From a bacterium (GTDB lineage Bacteria > SAR324 > XYD2-FULL-50-16), in NCBI GenBank assembly GCA_029940215.1, contig JAOZRE010000002.1:1433-65432 (forward strand): a stretch of DNA of 64,000 nucleotides, in the 5' to 3' direction. This document shows, in pieces, positions 59,803 to 64,000 of the stretch; position 1 is the first letter of the stretch; each line of letters begins with the position of its first letter. The position numbers were made by a program, and so were the translations under genes. Under the pieces are notes generated by a model that searched no databases, had not been told where the DNA came from, and saw nothing but the letters and a program-made list of their open reading frames with translations.

Positions 59803-60123
59803 TTCAGATTTCTTGATTCGATTGTTGTCTTCTGCACGTAAAACCGCCACTGACGCTAACTTAAACGTGTGAAAACGCCTCATTCTGCATCCGGTAAAAC
59901 CACATGCATTTTTACTACAAGAATAAGTTTACTGATTCAGAAAAACTAAGACCAGATGTAATTTCAGAGAAACCCATCACAGATCAATTTTAATCGATTC
60001 ATGATATTGCTCAGTGACCGTCAATCATATTGGCGCCATGATTGAAAAAACCCTTAATTTCCGTACGCGGCCTGCAGGGCTGCCGGATATTAATCATGTA
60101 GCCATGCTTCATAAAGTAGAAAA

Positions 60124-61254
60124 ATGAACACACACCTTTCGCCGCTTAATCGGGAAGGAATGCTGATGGGTCAGATTCCCGCCCGCTACCATCAAATGAC
60201 CGAAGTAGAGCTTTACCAACGTGCGGATTCCGCCAGGAAAGCGCTGGGAAATCAGCTGGTCATCCTGGCTCATCACTATGTCCAGGACAGCGTTTTTCAG
60301 CTCAATGATGTTGCCGGCGACTCCCTGTTTCTGGCTCGAGAGGCCGCTAAAACGCCCGCGAAATATATCGTTTTCTGCGGGGTTCATTTTATGGCGGAAA
60401 GTTCGGATATTATCACCACCGATGATAAGATCACCATGCTGCCACAACTTTCTGCCGGTTGTTCCATGGCTGATATGGCGGACATAGACAGCGTTCAGAA
60501 TTGTTGGCGCCAACTGGTCGATGCTTGTGGAGAAGACGCCTTTATCCCCATTACCTACATCAATTCCCCGGCTACCCTGAAGGCATTCTGCGGAAAACAT
60601 GGCGGGACGGTCTGCACCTCATCCAACTCCAGTAAAATCCTGGGATGGGCACTGGAACAGGATAAAAAGGTCCTGTTCTTCCCGGACCAGCGACTGGGGC
60701 GCAATACAGCCAATGAGCTGTCAGTTCCATCGAACAACATCAAGGTCTGGGAAAGAACCCGACCGGATGGAGCCATGACAGCCCATGAACTGAAGCAGTC
60801 ACAGGTTGTGCTATGGAGTGGATATTGCGCGGTTCATGACCGATTTACTGTTTCACAAATTGAGCAGGCCCGGCAGAGACGACCTGATGTTCAGGTCATT
60901 GTTCATCCTGAATGCCGTGAAGAGGTCGTAAATGCCGCTGACCATTCCGGATCGACAGACCATATTCTCCGGGTCATTGGAGAGGCCAAGCCGGGAACGG
61001 ACTGGGCTGTGGGAACAGAGTTCAACATGGTCAAGCGCCTGGCAAAAGACCTTCTGGTAAAAGAGGGAAAGAGAATTGAGAACCTGAACCCCAGCGCATC
61101 CATCTGCTCCACGATGTACAGCATCTACCTGTCGAACGTGGTTTGGGTGCTTGAAAACCTCGTCGAGGAGAAACCGATCAACACCGTATCGGTTGCCCCC
61201 GAAATCAAAGAACAGGCTCGGATCGCACTGGATCGCATGCTGGATCTCAGCTAA
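60124..61254 (+). CDS. nadA: Quinolinate synthase
   Basis: ILAHHY, FCGVHFMAE, AGCSMA, YINS, CAVH, HPEC, CSTM; start may be 60160 or 60166. Confidence 0.93.
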   Translation: MNTHLSPLNREGMLMGQIPARYHQMTEVELYQRADSARKALGNQLVILAHHYVQDSVFQLNDVAGDSLFLAREAAKTPAKYIVFCGVHFMAESSDIITTDDKITMLPQLSAGCSMADMADIDSVQNCWRQLVDACGEDAFIPITYINSPATLKAFCGKHGGTVCTSSNSSKILGWALEQDKKVLFFPDQRLGRNTANELSVPSNNIKVWERTRPDGAMTAHELKQSQVVLWSGYCAVHDRFTVSQIEQARQRRPDVQVIVHPECREEVVNAADHSGSTDHILRVIGEAKPGTDWAVGTEFNMVKRLAKDLLVKEGKRIENLNPSASICSTMYSIYLSNVVWVLENLVEEKPINTVSVAPEIKEQARIALDRMLDLS

Positions 61255-61300
61255 TGTCAAATCAACATTCGACTGATATAACCCATAGCAACAGGCCATT

Positions 61301-62149
61301 ATGGATTTTCGTCATATAGATCCCATCATCAAGGCTGCCCTTGATGAAGATCTCCCATGGGGGGATATTACGTCTGAAACCATTATCGACCCGAACCTGC
61401 AGCATGATTTCGTCATATTGCTTAAGGAAGCCGGCGTTTTGGCAGGCGTACCCGTTGCAGAAAGGACTTTCAGACATCTGGAACCGGACCTGAGCTGGGA
61501 ACCGCTGGGAAAGGACAGTTCATTCAGGAACAAGGGAGAGACACTGGTCCGACTGCGGGGCAATACCCAGAAAATTCTCATGGCAGAAAGAGTCGCACTG
61601 AATTTTCTGCAACGACTGAGCGGAATTGCCACGCTCACATCGCAATACGTAAAACTGGCGCGACAGCGGTCCGGCACTGTCAGGGTCACAGACACACGCA
61701 AGACAACCCCAAATCTCCGGTATCTGGAAAAATATGCGGTTCGCATGGGTGGTGGACATAACCATCGCTACTCGCTATCTGATGCGGTGATGCTCAAGGA
61801 TAACCACCTTGCCATTCTTAAACAGCAAGGGGTTTCAATCAAGGAGGCTGTCCGCAAGCTGCGAGGCAACCTGCCGCACACAACCCGGATCGAGATTGAG
61901 GTGGACAGGGTGGAACAGATCGAAGCTGTCGTCTCAGCCGGTGTGGACTGTATCCTCCTGGACAACATGTCACCTGAAACCCTGGTGGAAGCGGTAAAGT
62001 TAATCAATGGTCGTACACAGACAGAGGCGTCCGGTGGCGTTTCACTTAAAACCGTGGCATCCATTGCGGCGACGGGCGTGGATATCATTTCAGCCGGGGC
62101 CCTCACCCACTCAGCACCTGCGCTCGACATCAGCCTGGATTTCGGATAG
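61301..62149 (+). CDS. nadC: Quinolinate phosphoribosyltransferase
   Basis: ERVALNFLQ, DTRKT, KDNH, EIEVD, LLDNM, EASGG, GALTHSA. Confidence 0.95.
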   Translation: MDFRHIDPIIKAALDEDLPWGDITSETIIDPNLQHDFVILLKEAGVLAGVPVAERTFRHLEPDLSWEPLGKDSSFRNKGETLVRLRGNTQKILMAERVALNFLQRLSGIATLTSQYVKLARQRSGTVRVTDTRKTTPNLRYLEKYAVRMGGGHNHRYSLSDAVMLKDNHLAILKQQGVSIKEAVRKLRGNLPHTTRIEIEVDRVEQIEAVVSAGVDCILLDNMSPETLVEAVKLINGRTQTEASGGVSLKTVASIAATGVDIISAGALTHSAPALDISLDFG

Positions 62150-62364
62150 CCCTTCAGTTCCGAAAGGTAAATTCCACTGTCAGTGGCATATTATTACATC
62201 GCCAAATTCCCTGTCGCTCTATCCAACTTGAATCGAACCCACACCCTTTTATTCACTGCAGGGGGTGGAGGGAATCACACAGCAGGGGTGGTCACTTGAC
62301 GACTATCTGCCCAAGCAGATACATTACAGGCGTCAAAACAATCTTTTCACTGTTGGAGATGATC

Positions 62365-63663
62365 ATGAGAGAAAAAACATTCCTGTCCCGAATTTTCGGT
62401 AAAACCACCAGCTTTATCAAACTCGTTGTGACCGGAGCACTGCTGTTATCGGCTTCCAGCACCATGGCCTATGATTTCAGTGATGTCAGGCGAACGATGC
62501 ACAATGACCTGGCCTCCTCCAGTACAGCCGGGCTGAACAGGCGTATTGCCATCGTTTACTATATTCCGGATCATGAAGGGGTCAAGCAGCGGACCAACCT
62601 GGTCAAGCTGAAAAAAGACCTCTCACACGAACTACTGAAATCATTTGAAGTGGTCGACCCAATCATCGTACAGGAAGTGGTCAAGACCAACCGGCTTAAG
62701 TACCACCAGATATCGGGCAACAGCTCCATCCTGAAACAGTTTGCCGATCGAACAGACAGCTCACAGGTCCTCTTCATTGAGCTGAGAGCACAGGAAGATT
62801 ACCTGCAGACGAAGATGAAACTGGTTAATAATCGCCACGAGCAGATATCTGATATTCAGATCCAGTTGCCCTACGAGCCGATTCGAACGTCCAACTATCA
62901 GACAGCGCGCGTCGTCACCCAGTCATCCAAGCCCCAGAACTCAATCTATGAATCCTTCAAGCTGGATTTCATCCCCAAGTCTTTTCTAGCTGGGCAAAAC
63001 GATGCATGGATCTATTTCTCACCAACCGCTGAAATTATCCCGGACCTGCAGTCCTTGGAAGCCACCGTTTGGCTGAAACACCTGGGCGAAGTTGATGTTC
63101 GGCTGGCTCGACTGCGCTACGATGTCCGCCTATTTGAGATACTTCAGCTCGGCATTCAATCCAACGCCATCGCGAAAAAAAAATATGCAGAAAGTGAAGA
63201 ACCAAACAGCAAGGAACAGGGTCACCATTCAACTTACTTTATAGCCAAATACCAGGTGTCAGACGGTACTGCCATACCTATCAGCATAGCATTTGGTTTT
63301 AAAAGGCGGCTGGCGTGGGATGATGACAACACCGACTTCACCAACAGTAGCGATGACGTGAACGACAAAAATGACCAATACAACCAGTCGACTTTGTTGC
63401 TCACAGCCACAGGCAAACTGGATTCTATCGGCTTGTTGTACAATGTTTACGTGGACAACCAGACCCTCGGTGCCGGAGTAAAGTTCCTGCTAACATCTGA
63501 AATCAAGCTGTTTGCAGACTCGCTGATCTATCACCATGAAGACCCTCAGATAAAAAGCGACAGTGCATTCGGCGTACAACTCTACACTCAGGCCGGGGCC
63601 GTCACACTTGGTTATCAGGTGTCAACAGAACAGACACAGCTCGGCCTGATATTCGATTTTTAG
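62365..63663 (+). CDS. Hypothetical outer-membrane protein (periplasmic N-domain plus C-terminal beta-barrel)
   Basis: Signal peptide ending TMA-Y; C-terminal amphipathic strands ending QLGLIFDF; GGAG RBS near 62355. Confidence 0.65.
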   Translation: MREKTFLSRIFGKTTSFIKLVVTGALLLSASSTMAYDFSDVRRTMHNDLASSSTAGLNRRIAIVYYIPDHEGVKQRTNLVKLKKDLSHELLKSFEVVDPIIVQEVVKTNRLKYHQISGNSSILKQFADRTDSSQVLFIELRAQEDYLQTKMKLVNNRHEQISDIQIQLPYEPIRTSNYQTARVVTQSSKPQNSIYESFKLDFIPKSFLAGQNDAWIYFSPTAEIIPDLQSLEATVWLKHLGEVDVRLARLRYDVRLFEILQLGIQSNAIAKKKYAESEEPNSKEQGHHSTYFIAKYQVSDGTAIPISIAFGFKRRLAWDDDNTDFTNSSDDVNDKNDQYNQSTLLLTATGKLDSIGLLYNVYVDNQTLGAGVKFLLTSEIKLFADSLIYHHEDPQIKSDSAFGVQLYTQAGAVTLGYQVSTEQTQLGLIFDF

Positions 63664-63682
63664 TCCTCCCCCCGAAATCTCC

Positions 63683-63706
63683 AGGGACACTGTCACCAGT
63701 GTCCTT
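63683..63706 (+). terminator. Hairpin after the outer-membrane protein gene
   Basis: AGGGACACTG-TCAC-CAGTGTCCTT; weak U-tract. Confidence 0.4.
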
Positions 63707-63907
63707 GTCCAATCGACTGCCTCATCCAGCCTGAGACAGGCTCCCCATTCCATGTCAGGATTCAGCAAATCCTGAATTTTCAAAATAAAACAATGGTAAT
63801 CAATCAGATAAAATGATAAATTTTTAATTCGTCAACCGACGGTAAACACTCATAAATTTCGGGCTCTCGCCTGAAAAAAACGGATTACTCGTTCAAAAAA
63901 CGGAAAG

Positions 63908-64000
63908 TTGAAACATATTGTCATTGGAACCAGCGGCCATATCGATCACGGAAAATCAGCACTGGTTAAAGCACTCACCGGAACCGATCCGGATCGATTC
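63908..64000 (+). CDS. selB: Selenocysteine-specific elongation factor SelB, N-terminal 31 codons (runs off the window)
   Basis: TTG start; [31 protein letters not shown] matches the SelB N-terminus (GHIDHGK..LVKALTG.D.DR). Confidence 0.9.
   Translation, partial: MKHIVIGTSGHIDHGKSALVKALTGTDPDRF

Noticed and set aside
60031..60046. TGGCGC-CATGA-TTGAA upstream of nadA as a sigma-54 promoter
   Set aside because: The -12 GC dinucleotide is GA; not supportable.
1..64000. CRISPR arrays, tRNA/rRNA, IS elements, prophage
   Set aside because: No regularly spaced repeats, cloverleaf or rRNA-like segments, transposase, integrase or phage ORFs recognised by eye.

Overview
A 64-kb stretch of a Gram-negative bacterial chromosome; the gene families suggest a deltaproteobacterial-type organism (inference). 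In order it holds: (i) a six-gene TtpC-type TonB energiser running straight into a BtuFCD-like ABC importer, with cobT-cobU-cobS and a short cbiX about 10 kb away (cobamide uptake/salvage); (ii) a dppBCDF-type operon with no binding protein and a small lipoprotein gene, each behind a sigma-54 (-24/-12) promoter, beside a 1030-aa sigma-54 activator; (iii) a ~24-kb acyl-CoA/lipid catabolism region (CoA ligases, CoA-transferase, thiolase, ETF, two acyl-CoA dehydrogenases, crotonase, MlaA-MlaC-MMPL) with two TetR paralogues and four copies of a shared palindromic motif; (iv) tilS, a SpoIID-domain gene, comF, rpsU; (v) a phosphonate biosynthesis cluster (pepM fused to a nucleotidyltransferase, ppd, a second nucleotidyltransferase); (vi) nadA-nadC, an outer-membrane protein and the start of selB. 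The strongest find is a gene the ORF track misses at 49787..50119: a 110-aa probable selenoprotein with an in-frame UGA in a S-S-U-C-G-T-G-G-C motif followed by a SECIS-like hairpin. It lies just downstream of two acyl-CoA dehydrogenases with complementary degenerate motifs (probable heteromeric enzyme), in a genome that carries selB. No CRISPR array, rRNA, tRNA or mobile element was recognised. All family assignments are from motif recognition by eye; no searches were run.
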